Below the pieces are notes generated by a model. It saw only the letters and a program-made list of their open reading frames with translations, made no database searches and had not been told where the DNA came from. Positions 9,513-18,983 of a stretch of 37,383 nt of DNA are shown one piece after another (within the stretch, counting starts at the first letter, position 1; every line of letters starts with the position of its first letter). The stretch lies in assembly GCA_013041585.1 (NCBI GenBank), contig JABEVM010000073.1, forward strand, positions 1 to 37,383, written 5' to 3'. Position numbers and translations under genes: made by a program. This stretch comes from Chlamydiota bacterium. Lineage in GTDB: Bacteria; Chlamydiota; Chlamydiia; Chlamydiales; Rhabdochlamydiaceae.

Positions 9513-10541
9513 ATGAAAAAAATTTTTATTATCCTCTTTCTCTGCGCTGCCCCTCTTGTATGGGGAGAGCCTTCTTTAAAAGAGAGGTTTACCTCCGGGC
9601 AAAAAGGAGACTTTATTGTCACAAAGCAGTCCGACCTCTACTCCATCCTTCTGATTAAGTCGATTTCAGAGCACTTTCTAACCTTGGAAGAGATTTGTGT
9701 TCCTGTCGAAACTTACAAAACGCAAAACCTTTCCTGGAGAGACTGGGTCAAAAAACATGCTCCGGGCCATACTTCTTGGAACATATACCAGATAGACCTT
9801 CATGAAAATCAGCTCTCAGAATCTTTTTCTGTCATGCACAGGCGCTGGAATTTTCTCGAACAATCCCAGAACTTTTTCGCAAAACTCTTGGCTCTACCCT
9901 TTTATAAGGTTCTCCCAGAGAAACAACGAAAAATTGGCGCCGCTTCTTCCGATGAAATCGACAAAAGGGCCCTTTGGACTCCTCCTCTTACTATAGATGG
10001 AAAATCGACGAAGCACCCCTCGTTTGAAGTGTTTGAGACCACTTGGCCCAAAGACATGTCAGAACTATCTCAAAGCGCTGTGCAAATGTACTTTAATAAA
10101 AATGAGCCAACTTTTCCTTTTCCCTATTGGATTGAAATCAGTACGACCCACTACGCTATGCGCATACAAATTGTAGATTCAGGAAGAGGATTTTTCACCC
10201 CTTCTGGAGAGATCCCACGAAGAAGCCCTAGATTTTATCAAACCACACAAATACACGAAGACAAAGTCATCGTTCCTATCTTAACTCCAACCTACTATAC
10301 GAAATTTGGCTTAGTAGCTTTTGACCTTACAACGGGGAAAAGTGCATCTTTTATAGTAAGCCCTAAAAAGAGCTCCTCGCCAGAGAAGCTGGACCTATTC
10401 CTAGAAAAGAAAGAATTAGATGAGCGCCTTGAAAAAGGCCACACTTATAAATGGATCCTTACTATTCCGGGTCATCCTGAGATTTCTGTAGAATCGGATG
10501 AGAACTTTACTTGGCCTGTAAAACAGGCTAGAAAACCGTAA
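9513..10541 (+). CDS. exported hypothetical protein
   Basis: 342 aa with a Sec-type leader MKKIFIILFLCAAPLVWG/EP. No recognisable domain. Confidence 0.55.
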   Translation: MKKIFIILFLCAAPLVWGEPSLKERFTSGQKGDFIVTKQSDLYSILLIKSISEHFLTLEEICVPVETYKTQNLSWRDWVKKHAPGHTSWNIYQIDLHENQLSESFSVMHRRWNFLEQSQNFFAKLLALPFYKVLPEKQRKIGAASSDEIDKRALWTPPLTIDGKSTKHPSFEVFETTWPKDMSELSQSAVQMYFNKNEPTFPFPYWIEISTTHYAMRIQIVDSGRGFFTPSGEIPRRSPRFYQTTQIHEDKVIVPILTPTYYTKFGLVAFDLTTGKSASFIVSPKKSSSPEKLDLFLEKKELDERLEKGHTYKWILTIPGHPEISVESDENFTWPVKQARKP

Positions 10542-10711
10542 TTGTAAACGATTTTAAATCCCCTATTTCACAATAAGGTCTTTCAAGAATAGACTTACTA
10601 CGTATTTTTTTATCTAGCCCAAAGCTCCCCACTTCTTTTGAAATCTTCTTGCAATTTTTTGAATCAATCCCTCACACTGCTTGCTAATTCAAACCACAAA
10701 TACATGTAAGA

Positions 10712-12592
10712 GTGATGGATAAAACTTATTCTCTTCGGAAATCTAAAAAAGTCTTTTTTCACGTTTATCATGGTATTCGCCGTAAGAAAGATAAAATCCC
10801 AGCTACAGAAAAACAAAGGATTTATGATCTTCTTACCCAGCTGCAGACAGAGATCCTCGCAAAAAATAAAGAGCAGGCGAGCCTTTTAGCAAAGCAAGCA
10901 GAGAGAATCTCTGCTCCTTTTTTCAAAAAGAACTTTTTTTCTCAATCTCTAGAATTTGTTTTTGCCTTAGCTTTCGCAATCTGCGTCGCGTTTTTAGTCC
11001 GTCAGGTTTGGTTCGAGTTTTACGAGATTCCAACGGGTTCTATGAGGCCCACTTTCAAAGAGCAAGATCGCCTCATGGTTTCTAAGACCACGTTTGGTAT
11101 CAATACTCCGATGACCACCTCTCAAATGTATTTTGATACAGACTTAGTACAGAGAAGCGGCATTGTTATATTTACCGGCGAAAATATGGACATTTCCGAT
11201 GTAGACACCAACTATTTCTACGTTTTCCCTGGCAAGAAGCAGTATATCAAAAGGCTCATAGCCAAACCCGGAGATACAGTCTATTTCTATGGTGGTAAAA
11301 TCTATGGAATTTCTGCAGAAGGAGAAGATATCACTCCTCAGCTTCAAAGAAAAGAACTAGAAAAGATCGAGCACATTCCGTTCCTTCAGTTTGAAGGAAA
11401 AGTGGTCATTCCAGAGGCTCCAAAAAATGGGATTTCTCCGATTGCCATCCTCTATCAAATGAATGAGCCGGTAGCACGCCTATTCTGTACTCCGACCTAT
11501 CAGATCGAAGGGGAAATGCTCCCACTCGCTCCCCTTACACCGCAACTGAGTCAATATAGCGACCTCTGGGGATTTAAAAATTTTGGCATGTCAAGGCTCC
11601 TTACGAAAGAAGAAGTAAACGAGTGTACAGATAGTGACACATCGTCCATGGAAGAAGGGGTGCTTTACCTGGAAATTCGTCATCATCCGGGCCTGCAAGC
11701 TTTGCACCTCACATCAGACTATTCTGGAAGAGTTCGCCCAGCGCTCAATGTAAATTCTACTGTGATTCCACTACAAAAGCAGCATTTAGAAACTTTGTTT
11801 TCTAACCTGTATACAGCTAGATTTATCGTAAAAAATGAAGTAGCTATGCGCTATGGGATGCCATCTTATCTTTTATCATCCAGTAGTGCTTTCCTTCCAA
11901 AGCTTCCTGGAGTCCCTGATGGTACATACGAATTCTACTATGGCAAAGCATATCAAATTTTTTGGCAGGGGCTCGCTGAAGAATTACCGGCTAACCACCC
12001 TATCTATGAGTTTGATAATAAAAGAATACAAACCTTGTACAACTTAGGGATCGAGTTTGATACAAAATTTTCTCCCTATAGAAAAAAACAACCGCTGTAC
12101 CCATCTAGATATGTCTATTTCTACGAAAAAGACCTCTACGCTTTAGGTGCTCCCCTTCTCACAAAAGAAGATCCCACTCTACTTAACTTCTTGGATCGGG
12201 AATATACCAAACAAACAGCTTCTACCTACAAAGACCCATACCAAGCTTTCCAAGACTATGGCGCTCCTCTAAAAGAAAATGGAGAACTAGATGTAACCTT
12301 TATAAAGCAATATGGACTGAAACTTCCTGCTAAGTCCTATTTGGCACTAGGTGATAACCACGCGATGAGCTCTGACAGTAGAGTATTTGGCTTTGTTCCT
12401 GAAGGAAACCTTCGCGGCGGTCCTGACTTTATTTTCTGGCCTCCCGGCCCTAGATTTGGAGCTCCTGATCAGCCTCCTTATCCATTTGTGAATCTACCAA
12501 GAACAATTGTATGGGCCGTATGCGCTATCATATTAGGAATGTGGTGGGTGGTTCATAAGAAAAGAACGAAACTCCCCATTTCTCTTACATAG
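10712..12592 (+). CDS. lepB: signal peptidase I, long chlamydial-type form
   Basis: 626 aa; the ATG at 10715 may be the true start. It has the Ser box GSMRPTF, the Lys box YIKRLIAKPGDTV and box E GDNHAMSSDSRVFGFVP. A large insertion between the boxes and a C-terminal TM segment are as in Chlamydia LepB (~630 aa). Confidence 0.88.
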   Translation: MMDKTYSLRKSKKVFFHVYHGIRRKKDKIPATEKQRIYDLLTQLQTEILAKNKEQASLLAKQAERISAPFFKKNFFSQSLEFVFALAFAICVAFLVRQVWFEFYEIPTGSMRPTFKEQDRLMVSKTTFGINTPMTTSQMYFDTDLVQRSGIVIFTGENMDISDVDTNYFYVFPGKKQYIKRLIAKPGDTVYFYGGKIYGISAEGEDITPQLQRKELEKIEHIPFLQFEGKVVIPEAPKNGISPIAILYQMNEPVARLFCTPTYQIEGEMLPLAPLTPQLSQYSDLWGFKNFGMSRLLTKEEVNECTDSDTSSMEEGVLYLEIRHHPGLQALHLTSDYSGRVRPALNVNSTVIPLQKQHLETLFSNLYTARFIVKNEVAMRYGMPSYLLSSSSAFLPKLPGVPDGTYEFYYGKAYQIFWQGLAEELPANHPIYEFDNKRIQTLYNLGIEFDTKFSPYRKKQPLYPSRYVYFYEKDLYALGAPLLTKEDPTLLNFLDREYTKQTASTYKDPYQAFQDYGAPLKENGELDVTFIKQYGLKLPAKSYLALGDNHAMSSDSRVFGFVPEGNLRGGPDFIFWPPGPRFGAPDQPPYPFVNLPRTIVWAVCAIILGMWWVVHKKRTKLPISLT

Positions 12593-12602
12593 CGAGTATT
12601 AT

Positions 12603-12863
12603 ATGAGACTACAAGGCGGTTTTTATCCAGGTCCACTTCCAGATCTTCTTACTTCCGCCATTACAAGGCATAGCTTCGAAGAGGTTAGAATCCTAGTAGA
12701 AAAGTTCGGACATTTGGCAACACCTGAGCATTTGGCGTTAGCAAGACAAGAAGAAGCAAGAGTAAGTAGGACGCCTATTCCACATGTTGGACCCAAAACA
12801 GAAGTCCAACAGATTACACAATATCTCTATGAAAAAGCAGTTAAGGTGTCTTCAAAGCTCTAA
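12603..12863 (+). CDS. small hypothetical protein (doubtful)
   Basis: 86-aa ORF starting 10 nt after the lepB stop. No clear RBS and no motif. Confidence 0.3.
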   Translation: MRLQGGFYPGPLPDLLTSAITRHSFEEVRILVEKFGHLATPEHLALARQEEARVSRTPIPHVGPKTEVQQITQYLYEKAVKVSSKL

Positions 12864-13114
12864 TAAAATGGAGCGCCCTTAATTTTAAACAAGCATAAGC
12901 CTGGCTTGTTTTCCATGACTACCCTCTCTTTAAGAGATGAGGATACTGGCAAGAAACAATTTTTCAAATGAATGAGTCTTCGCATAGCAGGATGTAAAAA
13001 GTCTTCTTTTTTTAAGACTGCGAATTTGTTTGCAGTGTCCGCGCGAGAAGCTGCTGTCACTGGTTGCTGCATAGAGGGATACTGTTTGGGTCCCAAAAAA
13101 AGTTTCGAAGCCAT
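12860..13114 (-). CDS. small hypothetical ORF downstream of ileS (doubtful)
   Basis: Internal ATG at 13114 (MASKLFLG...) with a GAGAGGGG RBS, placed just after the ileS stop. The longer 106-aa version would overlap ileS. It contains the hairpin at 12887-12912 and competes with the + strand ORF 12972-13154. Confidence 0.2.
   Translation of the reverse strand: MASKLFLGPKQYPSMQQPVTAASRADTANKFAVLKKEDFLHPAMRRLIHLKNCFLPVSSSLKERVVMENKPGLCLFKIKGAPFY
12887..12912 (+). terminator. hairpin candidate terminator for the lepB transcription unit
   Basis: AAACAAGC-ataagcctg-GCTTGTTT followed by T. It lies in the convergent zone between lepB and ileS. The loop is long and the T-run short. Confidence 0.3.
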
Positions 13115-13128
13115 GTTATCCCCTCTCT

Positions 13129-16100
13129 CTAGTTCGCTAAAGAAATCTGAATGATTGTAGGCTCGCCATTGAGGTCCCATTCTGTCCCTTGCGATTCTAC
13201 AAAGTCTACTTTTTTAGCTAACACTTCATTACAGATATAGTCTTTATGAAGAGCGTAGCACTGCTTGACCCTGTCCGTTGTCTGCATCTTTACATCGATA
13301 CGATCGACAACAGCGTAGCCATCATCGCGGCGCATGGTGTTGATCTTGTTTACAAGCTCTCTAGCAAGTCCTTCCAAGAGTAATGCATCATTGAGCTCTG
13401 TATCCAAGGCAACCGTAATTTTATCCACAGACGCTGCAACAAGTCCACTATGGGCTTTTCTTTCAATCGTCACATCTTCAGGGGTGATGACAAAATTCTG
13501 ATCTTCTACAGCAAGCTGGATGCTTTGTCCTTGTAAAAGTGCTTCTAATGAATGGGAATTAAGATCTTGGATTTTTTGTTGTACAGCGTTCATGTGCTTT
13601 CCCACTTTTTTACCAAGGACGCGGAAATTAGGTTTTACAATGATAGATACAAATCCGCCTTCATTTTCGTGGTAGACAATCTCTTTGACATTGAGCTCAT
13701 CCGCAATTAACTGCTTTTGTCTCTTGAGAGCATCTAAAACTACTTTGTCTGAAGAAACGATATGAGCTCTAGCAAGTGGCTGTCTCACCTTTAATTTATG
13801 CTCTTTACGAAGACCATGGCCTGCACTGACTACAGTTTGCACGCTTTGCATTTCATGCTCTAAAACTTCATCCCGCATTTTAGGATTGTATTTTGGGAAG
13901 TCGCATAGATGCACAGATTCCGGCATCTTTTCATCTTTAAGCTCTTGATAAATCGCTTCGCTGATAAAAGGAATGAAAGGAGCTGCCACCTGCGAAAGAG
14001 TGAGAAGAACATGATAGAGAACTTGAAAAGCTTCTCGTCTATCTTGCGTATCTTCATCTGACCAAAATCTAGAACGGTTTCTTCGGATATACCAATTTGT
14101 TAACTGATCGATAAAACCAACAAAAGGATCTACAGCTAAGCTCAGTTGATATGCATCCATTTCTCTAGTGACATCTTGGATAAGTTTCTGCAGAACGGAT
14201 AGGATCCAACGATCGACATCAGCTTTTGGATTTAAAACTTCTCCTTTTGGCTTCCACTGATAAATTTCCGCATAGGTCGCTAAAAATAAATACGAGTTCC
14301 AGAGTGGAATTAAAGCTTGGCGCATGACAAGCTCAACACCCTTCTCAGAAAATTTCAAGTCATCTGCTGCAACAACCGGACTATGTAAAAAGTATAGACG
14401 GACTGCATCAGCGCCATATTGGTTGATCACAATTTCTGGCTCAGGATAGTTTTTAAGACGTTTTGACATTTTTGCGCCATCTTCCGCTAAGATAATCCCG
14501 TTTACGATGACGTTTTTAAAGGCAGGTTTTTGATAGAGCGCAACCGCCAAAACTGTGAGTGTATAGAACCATCCCCTTGTTTGATCTAAGCCCTCTGCAA
14601 TAAAGTCTGCAGGAAATGCCTTCATTGTCTCTTCTTTGTTCTCGAAAGGGAAATGGTTTTGTGCATAAGGCATCGATCCGGATTCAAACCAGCAGTCAAA
14701 AACTTCTGGAATTCTCTTATAAACCTGTCCACCTTCTGTGAAGGTAAGCTGATCTACATAATGGCGATGTAAATCTTCTACTTTTGTACCTGTCTTTTTC
14801 TCAAGCTCTTCTACACTTGCAATGACTTTGCACTCCCCTGTTTCACTACGCCAAATTGGGATAGGAGTTCCCCAATAGCGATTTCTAGAAATCGCCCAAT
14901 CTCTTGCATTCTCAAGCCATTTACCAAAACGACCTTCTTTGATATTTTCAGGAACCCAATGGATGGTCTGATTAGCAGCAAGCATCTGATCTTTAATTTT
15001 TTCAACAGCGACAAACCAAGTACGCACCGCTTTGTAGATAAGCGGAGTATCAGATCTCCAACAAAATGGATATCTGTGACGAATTTGCGTATGTTGGAAA
15101 ACTCTTCCTTCTTGCTTGAGCCTTTTGATGATCTCTTTATCGGCATCTTTTACAAACATTCCCTCATAATCAGGAACTTCTTTTGTAAACCTTCCATTTT
15201 GATCGATAGGACAGACAAGCTCAATCCCTTCTCTTGTGCATACAAAAAAGTCGGTTTCTCCAAAGGCTGGAGCTGCGTGAACAATCCCCGTTCCTTCTTC
15301 CGCTTCAACAAAGTCATCTACAAGTACACGAAAAGCATTTTGCTGCTTCTTTCTTGTAAAATATGGGAAAAGCGGCTCATACATTTTACCCTTAAGATCT
15401 TTTCCTAAGAAAGTATCTACGACTTCGTACTCTTCTGGATTCTTAAAATAATGAGAGAGCCTCTTCTGCGCTAAAATATAAAAAATTCCGCTCTTACACT
15501 CTTTGATTTTCACATATTCAAGGTTTGTACCTACAATCACGGCTAAGTTAGAAGGAAGCGTCCAAGGTGTTGTCGTCCAAGCAAGAAGTTTTGTATTTGG
15601 ATCCCCAACTAACGGGAATATGATGGTAAGAGAAGGATCATCGACTTCTTTATAGTTTAAATTCGCTTCGAAGTTAGAAATGGGGGTTCCTAGCTGTGCG
15701 GAAAAAGGCATAACTTTAAAGCCTTCGTAGACTAACCCTTTTTTATATAATTCAGAAAAAACCCACCACACGGACTCCATAAAACTTTTGTCCATCGTGC
15801 GGTATGTCTCACTAAAATCCATCCATCTGCCCATACGATGAACGGTTCTTTCCCACTCTTTTGTATAACGAAGAACGATGCTGCGGCATTCTTCATTAAA
15901 GTTGCCGATACCGAATTTTTCAATCGAAGGCGCTCCGGATAATTCTTTTGCTTTTTCAATCTCATTCTCAACTGGAAGACCGTGGCAGTCCCAGCCGAAT
16001 CTGCGTGGTACGTAAAAACCTTTCATCGTTTTATAACGCGGCACCACATCTTTCATTGTTCCTGCAAGCAAATGCCCATAATGTGGAAGACCTGTAGCAA

Positions 16101-16254
16101 AAGGAGGTCCGTCATAGAAAGAAAATAAAGGAGCTTCTTTTCGAAGATCAATAGACTTTTGATATACTTTGTGGCCTTGCCAGTATCCTAATATCCTTTC
16201 TTCTCTTTGAGGAAAGCTCTCTTCAGCGCGTTTTGCAAACATAAGAAAATCCAA
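13129..16254 (-). CDS. ileS: isoleucine--tRNA ligase, type 2 (eukaryote-like)
   Basis: 1041 aa. It has the HIGH motif PHYGHLLAG, the KMSKS motif KMSKRL, the CP1 editing-domain region (WTTTPWTLPSN) and a type-2 C-terminal extension without the type-1 zinc-finger tail. Confidence 0.95.
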   Translation of the reverse strand: MDFLMFAKRAEESFPQREERILGYWQGHKVYQKSIDLRKEAPLFSFYDGPPFATGLPHYGHLLAGTMKDVVPRYKTMKGFYVPRRFGWDCHGLPVENEIEKAKELSGAPSIEKFGIGNFNEECRSIVLRYTKEWERTVHRMGRWMDFSETYRTMDKSFMESVWWVFSELYKKGLVYEGFKVMPFSAQLGTPISNFEANLNYKEVDDPSLTIIFPLVGDPNTKLLAWTTTPWTLPSNLAVIVGTNLEYVKIKECKSGIFYILAQKRLSHYFKNPEEYEVVDTFLGKDLKGKMYEPLFPYFTRKKQQNAFRVLVDDFVEAEEGTGIVHAAPAFGETDFFVCTREGIELVCPIDQNGRFTKEVPDYEGMFVKDADKEIIKRLKQEGRVFQHTQIRHRYPFCWRSDTPLIYKAVRTWFVAVEKIKDQMLAANQTIHWVPENIKEGRFGKWLENARDWAISRNRYWGTPIPIWRSETGECKVIASVEELEKKTGTKVEDLHRHYVDQLTFTEGGQVYKRIPEVFDCWFESGSMPYAQNHFPFENKEETMKAFPADFIAEGLDQTRGWFYTLTVLAVALYQKPAFKNVIVNGIILAEDGAKMSKRLKNYPEPEIVINQYGADAVRLYFLHSPVVAADDLKFSEKGVELVMRQALIPLWNSYLFLATYAEIYQWKPKGEVLNPKADVDRWILSVLQKLIQDVTREMDAYQLSLAVDPFVGFIDQLTNWYIRRNRSRFWSDEDTQDRREAFQVLYHVLLTLSQVAAPFIPFISEAIYQELKDEKMPESVHLCDFPKYNPKMRDEVLEHEMQSVQTVVSAGHGLRKEHKLKVRQPLARAHIVSSDKVVLDALKRQKQLIADELNVKEIVYHENEGGFVSIIVKPNFRVLGKKVGKHMNAVQQKIQDLNSHSLEALLQGQSIQLAVEDQNFVITPEDVTIERKAHSGLVAASVDKITVALDTELNDALLLEGLARELVNKINTMRRDDGYAVVDRIDVKMQTTDRVKQCYALHKDYICNEVLAKKVDFVESQGTEWDLNGEPTIIQISLAN

Positions 16255-16420
16255 AAGCTAATATTATTTTTTGCACCTATCTTACCTGAAATGAATTCTT
16301 TAAGTCCAGGGCTTTAAGCCTTGGAAAAGATCAGAAATCTTCTCATTTTCTCCAGGAAACACTCATTGTATTTTCAAAGCGGTTCCTATATACTATTTAG
16401 ATAATTTTAAAAAAAACAGT

Positions 16421-17404
16421 ATGACAGAAATCACCCTTCCAACTATTGCCGATGGCGAAGATAAAAGCTCTCCCTTAGCGAACTGCATTCGAAACAACTA
16501 CCGTCATGTCCGAAAATGGGCAAAGCGGACGGCCACCAACTGTTTTCGAATCTACGATCGCCAGATCAATCACTACCCCCTAGCCATAGATTTCTACGCT
16601 GGACGATTCTGTGTGCAGTACTTTTCTCCTTCCAAAGAAGAGGATGAACCACCAGAAGAACTCACAAGCGAGATCGCAAAAATACTAGGCGCTCTATTTA
16701 GCGCGAATCCAGATGACATTTACTGGCGTACAAGAGCAAAGCGAAAGGAAACTAGGCAATATGAGAAACTAGGCGAATCAAAAGAATTTTTTACGGTTTT
16801 AGAATACGGTGTAAAATTTAGCGTAAACCTTCTTGATTATCTCGATACAGGACTTTTTCTTGACCACAGAGAAACACGCAAAATTGTTGCCTCTGTTTCG
16901 AAGGGCAAAAGAGTACTTAACCTTTTCGCCTACACATGCTCATTCAGTGTGCATGCAGCAGCCTCTGGCGCTACCTTTACTAAAAGTGTAGATATGTCCA
17001 ATACGTATACTGAATGGGGAAAACACAATTTTTTACTTAATTCCCTTCCTCTCAAAAACAATCCAATTGTTCGAGCCGACTGTCTAAAATTCTTAGATGA
17101 AGAAATTCTCACAGGCGCAAAATATGATATTATCGTGATCGATCCCCCTACCATTTCCCGTTCTAAAAAAATGGAGGGCCTCTTTGATGTTCAAGTGGAC
17201 TATGTTTTCTTGATCTCAAAAGCGTTAGAGCTTTTATCTCCAGAAGGAGTGATTTTCTTCAGTACAAATTCCCGCAGGTTTGTTTTTGACCCAGATCTTT
17301 TCCCTTCCACTTCGATTATAGAAATCTCTAAGAAAACGCTCCCAATTGACTTCCACGACCCCAAGATCCATAGATGTTGGAAGATCTCTCAGTTATCATC
17401 TTAA
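16421..17404 (+). CDS. class I SAM-dependent RNA methyltransferase, RlmK (C-terminal half of RlmKL/YcbY)-like
   Basis: 327 aa. TGLFLDHRETR, VLNLFAYTCSFSVHAAASGA, SVDMSNTY and IVIDPPTISRSKKM...FDVQ are colinear with the m7G2069 methyltransferase module as I recall it. Confidence 0.7.
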   Translation: MTEITLPTIADGEDKSSPLANCIRNNYRHVRKWAKRTATNCFRIYDRQINHYPLAIDFYAGRFCVQYFSPSKEEDEPPEELTSEIAKILGALFSANPDDIYWRTRAKRKETRQYEKLGESKEFFTVLEYGVKFSVNLLDYLDTGLFLDHRETRKIVASVSKGKRVLNLFAYTCSFSVHAAASGATFTKSVDMSNTYTEWGKHNFLLNSLPLKNNPIVRADCLKFLDEEILTGAKYDIIVIDPPTISRSKKMEGLFDVQVDYVFLISKALELLSPEGVIFFSTNSRRFVFDPDLFPSTSIIEISKKTLPIDFHDPKIHRCWKISQLSS

Positions 17405-17434
17405 GCAATAAGAGCTTACTTTTCACGTTTCTCC

Positions 17435-17463
17435 GATACAAATAAATCCCTCTTTGATAAAAT
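17435..17463 (+). promoter_or_regulatory. candidate sigma-70/66-type promoter of ssrA
   Basis: GATACA, 17-nt spacer, TAAAAT, then 6 nt to the mature 5' end at 17470. The -35 element is a poor match. Confidence 0.3.
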
Positions 17464-17469
17464 GAATGT

Positions 17470-17843
17470 GGGGGTGTAAAGGTTTCGACTTTGAAACGTA
17501 CTCTCGATGGCATGCGGAGGACGTCGGTTGGCCTCCTTAATCATCCGATAAAAACATAAATGCAGATGACTCTATGGAGCTTCTACAGGCTGCTTAAGAC
17601 CTAACAGTTTTAAGTGACCCGATAGCCTAATACCTGACCAGGAGTGTTAGAACTATCGTCATCGACCCTGGTGTGAATCTCCGTTTTACTTCTTATACGG
17701 GGAATTCGAGATCGAAAGAAGAAAGCTGTTCTCTAGTGTGGCACCTTTCAGCAGGAACATCTTTTCAATAAACAAAGGTGCTAAGCATGTAGTCGTTGAT
17801 GGGAAATTTGCTAAGGACGAGGGTTCGATTCCCTCCACCTCCA
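17470..17843 (+). ncRNA. ssrA: tmRNA (transfer-messenger RNA)
   Basis: The 5' end GGGGGTGTAAAGGTTTCGAC pairs with the 3' end CACCTCC-A to form the acceptor stem, including the G3:U alanine identity pair. The T-arm is GGGTTCGATTCCC and the 3' CCA is not encoded. The tag ORF GCA GAT GAC TCT ATG GAG CTT CTA CAG GCT GCT TAA (17562-17597) encodes ADDSMELLQAA, ending in the canonical AA. Both ends closely resemble Chlamydia ssrA as I remember it. Confidence 0.92.
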
Positions 17844-17850
17844 AAAATAA

Positions 17851-17879
17851 AAGGCCGGGATTCATCCCGGCCTTTTTTA
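17851..17879. terminator. bidirectional rho-independent terminator (ssrA on +, SRPBCC/PadR unit on -)
   Basis: AAGGCCGGGA-ttca-TCCCGGCCTT is followed by TTTTT on + and by TTTTATTTTT on the complementary strand. Confidence 0.85.
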
Positions 17880-17909
17880 TCATTACAAATTCAGGAAATC
17901 ACACCGGAC

Positions 17910-18329
17910 CTATTCAAGAGCTTCTACCTTTTTGAGCATTTCCTCCATCTCTATTGGAATCTTCTTTCTGATAAACCTGCCAATCATACAGGCAAAAAAG
18001 AAGGATAAAGGTCCACAGATCTCTACTTGGAAAGTAACTTGCGTTTTACCAGCAACTTGGCTCATAGATTGGTAACTGATCACTTTCGCAAAAGAAAGAT
18101 AGGCTTCTTGAACCACTAGCTTTAGGGGTTCAACCTGTGTTAATAGGGTTTTGAAAAGAGAGGTCCCTACAAATTTAGTACAGCCGGTTGTGCCAGTCTG
18201 AAATGGACCATCGATCTGGCTTAACTCAATTTCCAGGTCCCATTTTTTCCAATTTTCAACGTCTTCCCAAAGTTTCCAAATTTGCATGGGAGTGGCTTTT
18301 GTTTCTACGGTGTGTTTAATGATGCGCAT
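17910..18329 (-). CDS. SRPBCC (START/Bet v1/polyketide cyclase-like) family protein
   Basis: 139 aa. The N-terminal pattern ...ATP.QIW.LW.DVENW.KWD... is typical of the SRPBCC ligand-binding fold. It overlaps the PadR stop by 14 nt. Confidence 0.65.
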   Translation of the reverse strand: MRIIKHTVETKATPMQIWKLWEDVENWKKWDLEIELSQIDGPFQTGTTGCTKFVGTSLFKTLLTQVEPLKLVVQEAYLSFAKVISYQSMSQVAGKTQVTFQVEICGPLSFFFACMIGRFIRKKIPIEMEEMLKKVEALE

Positions 18330-18882
18330 ATTCTAAAATTCCTTCCTTTAACCATGTAATTTCTACTGTAAGTTGAGTGATCCCGTATCTGAGCGATTTG
18401 AGACGAATCGCTTTCCGAGGATACTCGCCTAGCCTCTCTAACCGGTCTTCGATTTTCCTGTATTCTTCGTACGTTTTTTCGGCTTTTTCCAATCTTTCCT
18501 CAAACAGTCGGATCATTTCCTTTTCATCTTTGACGAAAAAGAGTTTGAGAAGAAACTCATTTCGAGGAGTTTCATTTGCGGTCGGACCTTCAAACCAAAC
18601 TTGAAATTCGGCCCATCCAGCATCGGTAATGGAAAAAACTTCTTTCCTTTTCTTCCCAACATTGATAACTGTGGCTTCTGCCTTCCCCTCCTTCGCTAAA
18701 ATTTTTAGCATCGGATAGATTGTAGAGTCAAATTCTCGCCAGAAATAAACAGTCGATCTGTTCATAAGAGCTTTGATCTCATATCCTGAACAGGGACTAT
18801 CGAGCAGCATCCCCAAAATTGCATATCTTGTTTTATTAACTGATCTCATAAAAATACCTAGTTTATGGGTATTTTGCCACAA
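18316..18882 (-). CDS. PadR family transcriptional regulator (with C-terminal PadR-type extension)
   Basis: The winged-helix signature is RYAILGMLLDSPCSGYEIKALM...STIYPMLKILAKEGKAE. The likely true start is ATG at 18849 (MRSVNKT...), 7 aa before the helix. Confidence 0.85.
   Translation of the reverse strand: MWQNTHKLGIFMRSVNKTRYAILGMLLDSPCSGYEIKALMNRSTVYFWREFDSTIYPMLKILAKEGKAEATVINVGKKRKEVFSITDAGWAEFQVWFEGPTANETPRNEFLLKLFFVKDEKEMIRLFEERLEKAEKTYEEYRKIEDRLERLGEYPRKAIRLKSLRYGITQLTVEITWLKEGILEYAHH
18851..18875. promoter_or_regulatory. inverted repeat, candidate PadR operator
   Basis: AAAATACC-N9-GGTATTTT is a perfect 8-bp pair of arms directly upstream of the probable PadR start at 18849. Confidence 0.3.
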
Positions 18883-18983
18883 CAGGAGATTTTACGCAGC
18901 AGTAAAACATCATTTTAAAATAACCCATTTACCTAAAACTACCTGACTGATATATTACATACCACATTACACAGGAATTTAGG

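Noticed and set aside
14811-15408. 149-aa antisense ORF and 111-aa alternative-frame same-strand ORF inside ileS
   Set aside because: They are embedded in a 1041-aa gene with unambiguous class I synthetase motifs. These are typical shadow ORFs.
16255-16420. Searched the ileS leader for a T-box or attenuator
   Set aside because: Only a short hairpin is present (CCAGGGCT-tta-AGCCTTGG, 16306-16324). There is no specifier loop or T-box consensus, and T-box control is not expected in this lineage.
17686-18008. Three 65-70-aa ORFs over the 3' half of ssrA and its terminator
   Set aside because: They overlap a well-supported tmRNA (acceptor stem, T-arm, tag ORF) and a strong terminator. They have no RBS.
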